This document shows positions 51,279 through 64,000 of a DNA stretch of 64,000 bases, in pieces (the first letter of the stretch is position 1; the number at the start of each line of letters is the position of its first letter). The DNA is taken from assembly GCF_037042905.1 (NCBI RefSeq), contig NC_087245.1, positions 434,001-498,000 of the forward strand. Direction: 5' to 3'. The position numbers were made by a program, and so were the translations under genes. This DNA comes from Lytechinus pictus. Lineage: Eukaryota. The notes under the pieces are model-generated. The model saw only the letters and a list, made by a program, of their open reading frames with translations, was not told the origin of the DNA and made no database searches.

Positions 51279-51582
51279 ACCATCATACAGCCAATGGTAT
51301 AAAAAATATCATCCAAATACCATAATTATCATACTGTCATAGGTGAGGTCAGTAGCAATGCTAAGTATTTCAATTTTTTTAATGCATTACATGTTCTCAG
51401 TGTCATCAAAGATGTTTTCCAGTGATGAGTACAAAATATATTTGAAGAAGAATTCCATGACATTTTTCAGTATTGCAGACCTTAGACTTCATATGGAATA
51501 TCATACTTTTTGTTCGCTTTTTTTTACTTTAACTTGTTAACTTCTAGTATTTCACCTGCTATAAGTGTGCAGTTGAGTTTAA

Positions 51583-52145
51583 CCCTAATTCTCCCGGGGG
51601 GGGGGGGGGGGCCATAATGGCCCCCCCCCCTCGACAATTTTTGCGATATATCCGCTGCGCAAAATTTTTTGACCTTGCCGCTCACTGACTTTTTACTTTC
51701 AAGTCTCGCGCAAATTTTGAGACCAAATTTGTGACGCCCGGGTACGCGGTTACGACATTACGCAACATTATGTAAGTGCATGTCAGACCCAAAATTGCTC
51801 ATAAACATGATTTCATGTACAAATCCAATGCAAATTGTGTATTTAGCAAAAATTCATAAATGTATCATTATTTCTACTTTTACTGATAAAACTAAATTAA
51901 TTTTGCCTTGTTTATGATCAGAATTAAGTCTGGAACGATTTCCATTGAAAAAACAATAAAAAACAAAAAGTAAAAAAATAGAGAAATACATAAGAAATTT
52001 AAAAAACAATAAAATACATAAGAAATCGGTCTTGGTACCAGAATTTTTTTCATTCACAATTGTTAGGAATGCTATAAAGAATATTTTCACCAAAAATTAG
52101 CATTCTAGGAATTACAAGAATCAAAATACCCCGGGAGATTTAGGG
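51583..52145. mobile_element. piggyBac-type MITE, copy 2
   Basis: TTAA|CCCTAATTCTCCCGGGG ... CCCCGGGAGATTTAGGG|TTAA; homologous to 17602-18368. Confidence 0.9.
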
Positions 52146-53717
52146 TTAAACAGACAGGGAAAAAATTGTACAAAATTATCATTTGGGCAAGGGGGCTTTG
52201 TTAATAAATGAATTATATAAAGCTTACAAATGTGAAGATTTCTTCTTTATTCCTGTTCCATTCTGAACTATATATTTCTTGTTTGTCTTTCTAAAACTTG
52301 ATTCAAGAGAATCTAGAATTTAAGTGAAATCCCTGATTCCTAAAATACATAAATATGCAATATTTGGTTTGTGTTTGTTTAGTTTTATCTATGAATAGGC
52401 TTATGAGCTGATGTTCCCTAATAGTGCTGATGTTTAGTGAATAACAATACAATAATACTACTTTGAAAACAAAGCATTTCAATGCTAACAATTATCTCAT
52501 GCCTAAAATATATATAGTAATGAACACAGATACTGTTTAAGATACAAACAGAACTTAATTCAAAAGTACACTTGATGGGATAACATCCGCACCTTATTAC
52601 ATTGAATAAAAAGAAAACAAAACCAATTTTCCATCAAAATTCAAGGTTTCACATTTCATAGCAATATACCATTAACAATTGCATTTGAGTAGCAGCCAAG
52701 TAACATGAATACAAATAAATATATTAAAAAATGAATAATCTGTAAAAACTTAGAGCCATGATACTAATAAGAAAAAGATGCGAGATGCAGTTAAATCCAT
52801 GTGCATACAAAGATATACATATATATATACTTCCAACTTATATAAATAAAATTCATCTAACAATGAAAAAGAAAACTTTCCTTTTCACTGAAATTTAAAA
52901 AGTGAGGGATATCCTTTTTTGAGTAAAATTAAATTTAATAAAACTTCTCAATAAGTTCAACAAAATGGCAATATATTCCATGTAGGAGGCAAAACATTTT
53001 ACTAAACCTAATTTACATAAAGAGAAGTGACAAAGCTTTGGGGGTATTATGACAAGTATGAAAAACAAAATATAAAGGACTTACTCATTTTACATGTATT
53101 GTTACAAATGTTTCAAAGTTATAACCTTTAGTGCATATTTCATCATGTCCTAGATCATTTTAAAGGAGCCTGATCCTAGGAAGTCTACTCCCTCATGTTG
53201 ACAATAATTAGGTTCACAGTGTTTTTTTTTTTTTTTCATTGGAAGATTTAAACATTGATGATTAGATTGTACACATGTAGAGTAGCCCCATGTCAATACA
53301 ATGAAGAGTTAGCCAACTTAAGTTTAGATTCTTATAAATGGTTTACGATCCGTCCCCAAGTTGTGGGGGTTCTCACTCGTAGTTTTGAGTCATATGAACA
53401 TGATAATAACTAGAAATTGGACATGTCCAAAGGACACAGATGCCCCCGCTTAACACGATCAGAAATTAATTCAATATGATTGAACTTAGTATTGTGCAGA
53501 AACCAATATGCATATATATAATGAACAAATTTAGACCTTTGAACAAACTCACATATATAATGAGCTGTGACCTTTGACCTACGGACTCCAAATTCGAATT
53601 GAGCCTGTATTTTTATGTCATCTACCTACACACCAAAATTTTTTAAAATCTGATGAACATTTCATAAGTTAAAGCGACTTTACATTGACAAATCATGGGG
53701 AAATCAAGGCTAATCTA

Positions 53718-55485
53718 AAACAAGTGGAACGCCTCTGGCAGTCTCGCCTGCATTACGCAATTTAATATAGCAGCAGTGCTAACTTTGAAAACTACTATAA
53801 AATAATCATTCACAAAAACATCATTCATATAATGACATAATACCACGTTCATTGACCATAAATTACATTTGAACGGAGACTTAAGACTGTCAACTACACC
53901 TATGTCCACATTTCATTCACTCTATCCATAAACCTTCAAAGTTATGATGGCACTTCAACAATTACCCCAACATGGCCTAAGTTTATTGACCTTAACTGAC
54001 CTTTGACTTGGTTTTGTGACCTGAAACTCACAGGGGATGTTCAGTGATGCTTGATTACTCTTATATCCCAAGTTTTATGAACTAGATCCATAAACTTCAG
54101 AGTTAGGATGGTAATTCAACAAATACCCCCAACACGGCCAAAGTTCATTGACCTTTAATGACCTTTGACCATGGTCATGTGACCTGAAACTCGTAAAAGG
54201 ATGTTCAGTGATACTTGATTACTCTTATGTCCAAGTTTTATAAACTAGATCCATAAACTTTCAGAGTTAGGATGGTAATTTAACATATACCCCCAACACG
54301 GCCAAAGTTCATTGACCTTAAATGACCATTGACCATGGTCATGTGACCTGAAACTCGCACAGGATATTCAGTGGTACTTGATTAACCTAATGTCCAAGTT
54401 TCATTAACTAAATCCATACATTTTCAAAGTTATGATGGTAATTCAACAAATACCCCCAACTTGACCAAAGTTCATTGACCCTAAATGACCTTTGACCTTG
54501 GTCACGTGACCTGAAACTCGAGCAGGATGTTCACTTATACTTGATTAACCTTATGCCCAAGTTTCATGAACTAGGTCCATATACTTTCTAAGTTATGATG
54601 TCATTTCAAAAACTTAACCTTCGGTTAAGATTTTGAAAATAATTTTCCCAACATGGTCTAAGTTCATTGACCCTAAATGACCTTTGACCTTGGTCATGTG
54701 ACCTGAAACTCAGGCAGGATGTTCAGTAATACTTGATTAACCTTATGTCCAAGTTTCATGAACTAGGTCCATATACTTTCTAAGTTATGATGTCATTTCA
54801 AAACCTTAAAGGAGAATGAAACCCTTGAAACCAGCTGAATCCATATCAAAGAGAAAAATCAAAGAAACATATTGTTGAAAGTTTGAGGAAGATTGAATGA
54901 ATAATAAGAAAGTTATGAGCATTCGAATATTGAGATCACTAGTGCCATGTAGATCCTCCCAACGGCAATGCGACCAAGATCTGTGATATCACACACGTAC
55001 AACTCCCTCATTACTTTAGTACTTATTTCACTTATATTCTCACTTTTATAGAGTCTATCACAAGGTGAGGTGTTCTCTTTATGAGATGACAAGTACAGAG
55101 GTTTCACAACATTATATCATTGATGAATCGTTTGTCATATGATTAGAATGAGCAAAAAGAGATGTTTTGGGGTATATTTTCAGTGTCCAAATGGGAGAGT
55201 TGTACGTGTGTGACATCACAGATCTTGGTCGCATTGCCAATGGGAGGATCTCCATAGCATTAGTGATCTCGACATTCAAATGCTCATAACTCTTTTATTG
55301 CTAGTCCTATTTTACTCAAAGTTTTGTTGATCTTATTCTTTGATTTTTCTGCTTTCACAAAAGCTAACTTGCTCCAAGAGTTTCATTCTCCTTTAACCTT
55401 AGGTTAAGATTTGATGTTGACGCCGCCGCCGCCGTCGGAAAAGCGGCGCCTATAGTCTCGCTCTGCTATGCAGGCGAGACAAAAA
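53718..55485 (-). mobile_element. Helentron/DINE-1-like family H-A, copy 2
   Basis: Near-identical to 22980-24175, with one extra ~163-bp repeat unit. Confidence 0.85.
54810..55392. mobile_element. Kolobok-like MITE inserted in H-A copy 2
   Basis: TTAA|AGGAGAATGAAAC ... GTTTCATTCTCCT|TTAA; sister repeat units show a single TTAA (AAAACTTAACCTT). Confidence 0.9.
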
Positions 55486-57156
55486 CAGAGAAGGGATTCA
55501 AGTCTTTCACTCGGCTGCATGCCTGGGGTGTTACGTAATAGACGCCGGCGTGTCTGGGAGGTCTAATCTTAGGAGAGCAATAGTTAGTAGACTAACCAAC
55601 GAAGTAAACTGCATGTTTTCACTTTGAAACATGTAACTCCACAGAGGTTATTTATTTTGCTTTAGCAATCAAGAGACCTGCTATGAGTCTAGAAATTGGG
55701 ATTGTTGGAAGCTAGAACTGCGACGACCCGAAGTAAATAACCATCGGTCAAATTCGTGTGCTGTCCGAATTTTATCGCATTAGTCCGACGGGCGCTCATG
55801 ACGGACGGATTATATTATGCAAGTCAATTGGCCTTTTGCAAATTTCGTATAGATTCAATTTCCCCATGATTTGTCAGTTGCCAGGCCCTTTAACATGTGG
55901 AAACCAACTTTTATATTTAATGAGCTGTGACCTTTGACCTGCGGACTCCAAATTCGAACTTAGCCTGTAATTTGGTGTCATCTACCTACACACCCAAAGA
56001 TTTAAAAATCTGTTGAATATTTCATAAGTTATCATGCGGAAACCAACTCATATATTTAATGAGCTGTGACACTTGCATATTTAATGAGCTGAGACCTTTG
56101 ACCTGTGGACTCCGAATTAAAACTTAGCCTGTAGTTTGGTGTCATCTACCTTGACACCAATAAATTCTAAAATCTATTAAATATATTTCGAGTTATTGCG
56201 CAGAAACCAACTCGCATATTTAATGAGCTGTGACCTGCGGACTCCGAATTAGAACTTATCCTGTATTTTCGTGTCATCTACCTACACACCAACATTTTTT
56301 TAAATCCATTAAATATTTTTCAAGTTATTGCGCGGAAACCAAGTGGTGGACGGACGGACGGGGGCAACGCTTAATGCCCCCTCTGGACTTCGTCTCTGGG
56401 GGCATAAAAAAACTCAAAAAGTTAACATGACCTCTAGTTTGACGTATTACTGGGGTCATTGAAATACTTCCAGATCAGTGATTTGATCATTGAGAGGGAC
56501 TCTCACTCAAAAGATAAATCTAAAACATTAGTTATAATGATGATCGTCAAGGTTTAAGGGGTGAGCTCTTAGTATTAGTAATTATGAACACAACTTATGT
56601 ATGTATCATTTTGGGGTAGATGGTAGCTTAAACTCATCAATTATATTTCATAATCTTGTGGTGAATAGTACTTATATGATATTTCAAGCTGGATATCCCA
56701 CTAGTCATTATCATGTTTGCCAATGCAATTTATCAGTGTTTTGTTGATACAAAACAATATTTCCATTTCCACTCATATTGTATGAATTATATGACCTTAA
56801 ACTTTGAATCCTTAATCCTATACTTGCACCGAAAAATGCCCTAATTCACGCAGGCCAGTTGGCTGCCTCTGCTGTTATCATATAGTATAATTATTGCAGC
56901 AGAGGTGATTGGTTTGCATGAGGTACATGAATTATATGAAAGATGGCATGACATATACATCCCAAAGCAACCGTATTGAATTATATTATAAAATCTTCAT
57001 TTAGTAAATGAATTTGTTAAATCCTATTACCAATATTCATTGAATCTAGATCAGAGTTTAGTTATTTATGTCTTATTTCAATAACTTATTTTGATCAACT
57101 ATTGTATGTGTATTGTATGTATCAATCATTTTTGTAAATTGTACGCAATTCAGTCG

Positions 57157-58168
57157 TAAGTGGAACGCCTCTGGCAGTCTCGCCTGCGTTACACGATTTG
57201 ATATACCAGCAGTGCTGACTTTGAAATAGCCTATTAAATAATTATTCATAAAAGAAAACATTCATATGATAATAAAATACTATGTCCATTTACCCAACAT
57301 GACCTTTGACCATGATCAAGTGACCTCAGACATGTGCAAAATAACTCGATTACCCTTATGTCTATTTCATGAACTACATGTGTAAATCCTTAAACTTTTT
57401 AAGTTATGATACCAATTCCACAAATACCCCCAACATTATCAAAGTTCGTTGACCCTAAATGACCTTTGATTTCGGTCATGTGACCTGAAACACACACAAA
57501 ATATTCAGGGATACATGGTTACTCTTATGTCCCAAGATCGCTAAACTGTTAAAGTAATGATGACAATTCCACAAATACCCCCAACGTTATCAAAGTTCAT
57601 TGACCCTAAATGACCTTTGACCTTGGTCATGTGACCTGAAAATCGCAGAGGATGTTCAGGGATACATAATTGCTCTTTATGTCTAAGTTTCATCAACTAG
57701 ATCCAGAAAATTTCAAAGTTATGATGGCGATTCCACAACTACCCCCACCATGGTCAAAGTTCGTTGACCCTAAGTGACCTTTGAATTTGGTCATGTGACC
57801 TGAAACTTAGGCAGGATCTTCAATGATACACTATCACCCTTACGTCCAGGTTTCATGAACTATGTCCATACACTTTCGAAGTTATGACAACAATTCAAAA
57901 AATTAACCTTGGTTAAGATTTCGATATTGATTCCCCCAACATGGTCTAAGTTCATTGACCCTAAATGACCTTTGAACTTGGTCATGTGACCTAAAACTCA
58001 GGCAGGATGTTCAGTAATACTTGATTACCCTCATGTCCAAGTCCATATACATTCTAAGTTATAATGACATTTCAAAAACTTAACCTTGGTGAAGATTTCA
58101 ATGTTGACGACGCCGCCGTAGGAAAAGCGGCGCCTATAGTCTCGCTCTGCTATGCAGGCGAGACAAAA
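57157..58168 (-). mobile_element. Helentron/DINE-1-like family H-A, copy 3 (more diverged)
   Basis: Same termini (AAGTGGAACGCCTCTGGCAGTCTCGCCTGC ... TGCAGGCGAGACAAAAA) with diverged internal repeats. Confidence 0.85.
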
Positions 58169-59329
58169 ATTCAGATTTTCAAATACATGTATGCATTACA
58201 GAGACATTTTTGTCTTTGCTTTCTGTGACTCACAAATTAAAAGATTCATAAATGTAACACTCCAGTTTTAAACTATCAGAAATATACAAGGAATCATGAG
58301 AGTACTGTATAATGCTTTTTTCAGAAGGGAGGGGGGAGGGGTGATTCTCAAAGCTTTCATAGGATAATACAGGCCTGGATAATAGCACGAGGTAGTAACA
58401 CCTTCATATTATCCTGTAGGAACCTGAGTAAATGCAATTATCTGTATTGAATGTAAATGTAAATGAATTTATCTCTTGAACGTTCATACTATACAATGGC
58501 AATATATCTCAAACACATTGAAAGAATTACTATTGAGAAAGCATGTTTGCCACATCAAAATGTATATAACTCTTTACACAGAGTACCCCTCTTTAAACAT
58601 AATTTAGAAAGTGTCAACTGTAGAAAAATGATGCAATGTACAAAAACTTGAGTTTTAACAATCTTTGACATACCTGTAGTAGTTTTCTGACAATGTATAT
58701 TTGCTTTTGATTGAGAAAGGTCACACCAATATTGTAGAAAAATATGTTCATACAACACAAAATGTTGAAGGAATAGATTACTTTAACATTCATTTTAATA
58801 ATCTAAGGCACATACATGTAGTGCTCAAGGAACCTTTCTGAAATTGCTCTAACCCCGAAAGGATCAACATTTCTTTAGTAAATAATAAATTTATAATAAA
58901 TTAATAAATTTCATTCAATTCTATTTTTAATAAAAACCATTTCAGTATATTAATAAGCACTGTGACCTTTAAACAAGCATAGTGTAACATCCATAGGGTT
59001 TATATATTATTATTTGATCAGGAGCCAGTAGCATAAAGCAATTGATCATAAGGCTGATTTATATGACTGATCATACACGATAATCAATGTAATCAATTAT
59101 TGAATTCAGCCCAACAATCAATCGCTAAATCTTTATGTTACCTGGCATGCTCACGATTATGCATTTTCTTTATTCCCTGCAGAGTGTCATATGAAAATCC
59201 AGAATTACATGTGGGTTTTAAAGTTTGTTTGCCAATGTTTGTATTTTCTTTGGATTTCTTTTATTGGGAGCCTTAATAGGGAGGCTGTAAAGATGAGGAA
59301 AGAAAATAAACTCTCTTGAGCCAAAATCT

Positions 59330-59820
59330 AATTTCTAGCTGGCCATGGTCATTTTTCTTTTGACAGGAAGCATCCAACAAGAGTTCCAAGCAGGGGCGGA
59401 GATCCGGGGGGGGGGGGGGGGGGGCACAGTTTTTGAAGCACTGTAAAAGTGCCCTTTTTTACGGTTTAAAAATATCAAAATTATTGCTCCAGCTTCTCAT
59501 AAATTTTACGAGATACAACATATCTAGCCCCCTCAAAATTTTTGGCTCATTACACCACTGTAGATAGGTCACTTGTTTTAAGTTAGTGCCCTTTTCGAAA
59601 GAAAAGGTGCCCTTTTCCCCTGTGCCCTCCCCCCCCCCCCACTTTCCACTTCGCCCCACCGCCCCTGGTTCCAAGACTGAGTTGCTAGGCATACTACATT
59701 ACGCTTTTACATCCTACCGGGAACCACCTGGGTGCCAAAAGACGCTAGGCCCAGTGCGATTCGAACACACGACCCTTTGATTGCACGGCAAGAGTCAGAA
59801 CCACTACACCACAACGCATC
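59330..59820 (-). mobile_element. tRNA-derived SINE interrupted by a hAT MITE
   Basis: Head GTGGTGTAGTGG (A box) ... GTTCGAATC (B box), then CACCCAGGTG core. The 3' boundary is approximate. Confidence 0.7.
59391..59667. mobile_element. hAT-type MITE
   Basis: TIR CAGGGGCGG / CCGCCCCTG; perfect 8-bp TSD GTTCCAAG. Confidence 0.9.
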
Positions 59821-60446
59821 TATGACTGGGTTAGGGGAGCTCGGAGAGTGACTCTTGCTTGAGAATCAAAAGGTGCATCGTGTTTAACGTTTAAAACTTT
59901 CAGTGTTTTCATTAGAACCAACACACTTTAATTGCATGTAGAGCGAATGAAGCTCTAATTTTCATACTCATTGATTTCCTTAGAACAGATGCTCTGTTCT
60001 CACTCCAAACAGATATCAAAATATAGTTTTATACAATTTACCATCATTTTTTTTGTATTGAACACTTACCAAAATTGAAACCAGAAGAAATACAAGGACA
60101 GAAAAAAGATAAAATAAAGGATGCCTCAAGATCAAGGTATATGTGTACTATGATGTCACTCCTTCAGATTACTAGTAGCCTGTAATATCTGATTGCAACA
60201 ATTCCATGTCTTCCATAACATCAAGATTGGTGATAAATCGCTATACAGCAACTATCAATCAGGATCAATGTTATACTTAATACTTAAAACACTGACCAAG
60301 ATACAATCAGAAGTGTTCTTTCATATTTGCTATTTATAGCAAACATTTCTGTTACGGAGCCCTGATAAATCTACCCAGGTGAAGAATGACCTCCGAGTCA
60401 GTTCATAATCTCAGAAATTATTTCAATGTACTCCCTGAAACACAAA

Positions 60447-60977
60447 TACCCTTTTTACACACGCTAAAATTTCCTTAACCCCGTACTATAGGTGGGGCTA
60501 AATTGCCATTTAGCCCCACCTATAGTACGGGGTTAAGCTTAGCCCACTTTCTTTTTACACAGCATTTTTGCAAAGTGGGCTAACCCCACCTTTAGTACGG
60601 GATTATTTGGCCCTGCAAAAAAGCAGGGTTATCCCAGCAATTGCGGTGCTAAGAGCGATAGTACGGGGTTAAGATCGCTAGTGTAAAACGAAAGTGGGCT
60701 AAGCTTAACCCCGTACTATAGGTGGGGCTAAATGGCAATTTAGCCCCACCTATAGTACGGGGTTAAGGAAATTTTAGCGTGTGTAAAAAGGTACGAGTTA
60801 ATGAGCTACCACTAGTCCGGGGTTAGCGAGTTTCGTGTGTGAAAAGCAAGCATTCCTTATCCGGGGTTAGCAATAACAATTTGGCATGTGTGAAAAGGAA
60901 AAAAAATAGTACGGGGTTAAGGATAGTACGGGGTTAGCGATAGTCCGGGGCTAAGAAAATCCTGTGTAAAAAGGGTA
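60447..60977. mobile_element. Palindrome-rich MITE (possibly Harbinger-like)
   Basis: TIR TACCCTTTTTACAC / GTGTAAAAAGGGTA; internal ~100-bp inverted arms, each containing a 60-bp palindrome. Confidence 0.85.
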
Positions 60978-61306
60978 TTAATAGGTTGGACATTATACCA
61001 GATGTACAAGAAGGGCGTAACTAGGGCTGCTGAATGATATCAGGAGTGTTCACATTTACACTATGGCATGTTCACACTTCAGGGGCTTGGGAAACTTCAA
61101 ATGTTGTCGTATCAAAACCAATCATTTATGATTGTCATCAACATCACATCCATGAATTACACATCAATGCAGAAAAGTCTGTCGTGGCATCCGGAAGATT
61201 CATCTTTGAATTTATGTCGTTGACAAGGTCTTGGATATGGCAAGCAGGTTGACATCATGTGATATTCTTTATCTGTCCTTTCTCTCTAGATACCATACTT
61301 CAAGCC

Positions 61307-61341
61307 TCACTTTTTCTTGATGTCAACGAAGCCCCCTATGC
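61307..61341 (-). CDS. Putative last coding exon of an unidentified gene, (G)IGGFVDIKKK*
   Basis: Strong acceptor CTCTTTCATTCCTACTCTTTGTTTAACAG; phase-1 reading gives 10 further codons then TGA, followed by unique UTR-like sequence. Confidence 0.45.
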
Positions 61342-62517
61342 CTGTTAAACAAAGAGTAGGAATGAAAGAGATAACACATATTATCGGTTTAATACTGGAT
61401 ATTCAAAATACAATTTTTTTTAAAGGCAGCGCAGAACTTTATCTGGCAACATATGTGTGAACTTCCATGAGTGGTGATGATAAAGTATCGACTTAAATAT
61501 AATCTTTTGTCAAGGTGAACATTAATTTCAAATTCAAATTCTTGAATAATGTACATCATGTATGGTCACATGTAGTATGATGTATTATACAGATTGTATA
61601 AGTACATGTGTAGATTGTAATCAAACATTCAATAGCATTTCACCTAGTCAACACATTTTTTTTAAATATCCAGCAGATCTATCATATTACCTGCCTAATT
61701 CACCTCTTTCTTTTCTTAAAACCAAGTACAATTATTGGCCAATCATTAATTAGTTACCTACATTGTAATCCACTATCAGACATCAGGCATCTTTCAAAAG
61801 ATCATAGTCCAGTAAAAACTATAAAACCTGATCGTCCAATACCCCTTTCATTGTAGCTATGAATCTAATATAGGCCTACCACTCTTTTATCTTTATTTTT
61901 GTCAGAAATGGTAAAACATGATTCCAAAGTATGAGTTTCACAACTTAGATCTTCCTTGTCACAATTATTAACATCAATTCCACATGTATTTTCTTCTGGA
62001 TTATTCACCTCCCACCCCCCAAAAAAATAAGTTGATTTGAACAGACTATTAGAAGTTTATGTTACTTCAAAGTCCTGCTTATTTTTCACAATAGTTACAC
62101 ACAAATACAGGGATATAACAATCCTCGTAATAAATCAAATGGCAATTCCAATTCTTCAATGAAAAGTCAAACAATATCGGGATAAGAAATGAAACACTCC
62201 AGTCAATTTTTAATGGAAAAAAATTGCTGATTTTTTTTGGTCTAGTTTCTTATAATCTTTTTTGGGTTGGGCTGGGCTGGGAAGGTTTGTCCTTCTTATG
62301 GTCATTAAATTTTGCTGTGTTTTTCTCCCCCCCCCCCCCCACTTTACATCTAACTTCACTGATTTTTCACAACCCTGAATATATCTTTGTAGATGAATTG
62401 TACTAGTTATTTTAATCCTTCAAATTCATCTTACAAAATGAATGATATTGAAAATCCTCTTCACCCTACTTACTGTATTCCATCAATATCAAAACCACCA
62501 CAATCACTACTTCTAGT

Positions 62518-62519
62518 AA

Positions 62520-62590
<71 letters not shown>

Positions 62591-62618
62591 GCTACTGCTA
62601 CTGCTACTACTACTACTT
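62518..62618. repeat. (ACT)n(GCT)n compound trinucleotide microsatellite
   Basis: Visible directly. Confidence 0.95.
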
Positions 62619-62857
62619 CTAAAATTTCTACTAACTTAGTAATACTTTATCTCAATACTTCTGCAAGATTCCAATGATAAGATGGGCAATTTTTTTCAAC
62701 AACAACAAATTTACTGCGTATAGGTGTATTTCCTACAGTATGTTTATTGTGTCATCCTCAACAGTTATCCTTTTTTTATAAGAAAACACAAGCAATGGAG
62801 GAGAGTAACACCAGAGACACATTAAAACTAGAAGTTTTTTTCAGTCTAAATACTTAC

Positions 62858-62866
62858 CTTGCATCT
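62858..62866 (-). CDS. Putative 9-nt microexon AGATGCAAG
   Basis: Acceptor TCTCCACAG| and consensus donor AAG|GTAAGT 9 nt apart; long pyrimidine-rich stretch upstream. Confidence 0.5.
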
Positions 62867-63206
62867 CTGTGGAGATATATTGAGAAAGATCACATCAGCA
62901 AGGCAGCAGATAGAGACATGCAGTCATCATGCATACATGTAGAAACACAGCAAATATATGTATAGATACAAAATAAGGATAGAGAAAGAGGGATGCCAAT
63001 GGGGAGAAAGAGATAAGAGAAAGGTAGAAAGGTAAAGACAAAGAGACAAGGAAGATTTGGGAGAGACAGAGGATTGAATACAAAAGAGGGAATAGTCAGG
63101 CCAAGAGGTAAAATAGAATGAAAGGATAATTCAGATGAAAATGTGGAGGAAAAGAAGAAGGTGAAGGGGGTCAAAAGAATAAAGTCAAGTAACCATGCAA
63201 TAATCC

Positions 63207-63295
63207 ATGCTAGCATTCCATAGTTGTAATGACATCAGTAAAATCTGATAATAATCTATGCTAGCATTCCATAGTTGTAATGACATCAGTAAAAT
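63207..63295. repeat. 51-bp tandem duplication
   Basis: ATGCTAGCATTCCATAGTTGTAATGACATCAGTAAAAT at 63207 and 63258. Confidence 0.9.
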
Positions 63296-64000
63296 TTGAT
63301 GTTAATGCATAAACAAAAAGCACTACTAAAAGTTGAATATAAAAGGCCCTGAATGCTCCCCAAAAGGATTAATACAAAATATAATAAATTTACTATGCAA
63401 CTGAATAACATGAATACTGGGGAAAATGAACAGGAAGAAAAATAAAAAGAACTTCGAGGATTTAAAAAGAGTGGATGCGACTAATATCAAAGCTAAAACA
63501 AAGGTCAACTCTTTGCTTATTCATTAGAGATTGAATAAATTTCATTTCTATTTCTTGTGCTACTCTTGTTATTCACATGAAAAATCATTTTTTTTACACT
63601 AAAATCATAAAATTCTGCATCAGTACTAGGAAATAATTGATGCATTGATAATAGTAATAATAATAATAGTAATAATAATAATAATAAAAAGAAAAAAATT
63701 CCCCATATACTTCCAGAAAGAGGCTAAATAAATTTGTTTTCCTTGTTAGCACATTATTTACTTACACAAGCATACATATAAAGACCACAAAAAGCAACCA
63801 ATACAAATGTACATGTACATGTATGTACATGTACAGTGTCCATTATATAAAAGGAAACTGGTTTCACATTTAACACAAACACATTTATGAACACGCATGA
63901 GTAGTACATACATGTAGTTTTATCAAATGAAAATGAAAATTAGTGTAAGTTAGAATATGAAATATAAAGTTATTCAACATTAATCAAAATATGAAGCAGA

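Larger units (their letters stand above)
53673..55889. mobile_element. Kolobok-like element inserted in H-B
   Basis: TTAA|AG...TGACAAATCATGGGGAAAT and ATTTCCCCATGATTTGTCA...CT|TTAA; removing it restores a host repeat unit (compare ~56021-56050). Confidence 0.82.
53409..56410 (-). mobile_element. Helentron/DINE-1-like element, family H-B (outer layer of a four-level nest)
   Basis: Minus strand starts TTTTTATGCCCCC...GGGGGCAT...(GTCC)n, ends GGGGGCAT...TTTCTAGT; central ~140-bp repeats containing GAGCTGTGACCTTTGACCT. Confidence 0.8.

Overview
This is eukaryotic, AT-rich, repeat-dense DNA. The repeat repertoire suggests a marine invertebrate deuterostome, probably a sea urchin (inference only). 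The main host gene is a complete six-exon clan-2 (CYP2-like) cytochrome P450 on the minus strand (29679 to 14636, 1527 nt CDS, 508 aa, all GT-AG introns, frames consistent). The 3' end of a second minus-strand gene is probably at 61.3-63.7 kb and includes a 9-nt microexon. The rest is transposon-derived: one young, 5'-truncated CR1/L2-group LINE, several decayed LINE pieces, Helentron/DINE-1-like elements, Kolobok-, piggyBac-, hAT-, Tc1-, Ginger- and Academ-type non-autonomous elements (often nested 3-4 deep with readable target-site duplications), and tRNA-head SINEs. The most unusual item is a 168-bp retroposed element with a 7SL (Alu-domain)-like head, a B box, a Deu/Nin-like core fragment, a 3' hairpin, a (CA)n tail and a 6-bp TSD: a candidate independent 7SL-derived SINE. 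All family names come from pattern recognition; no database search was run.
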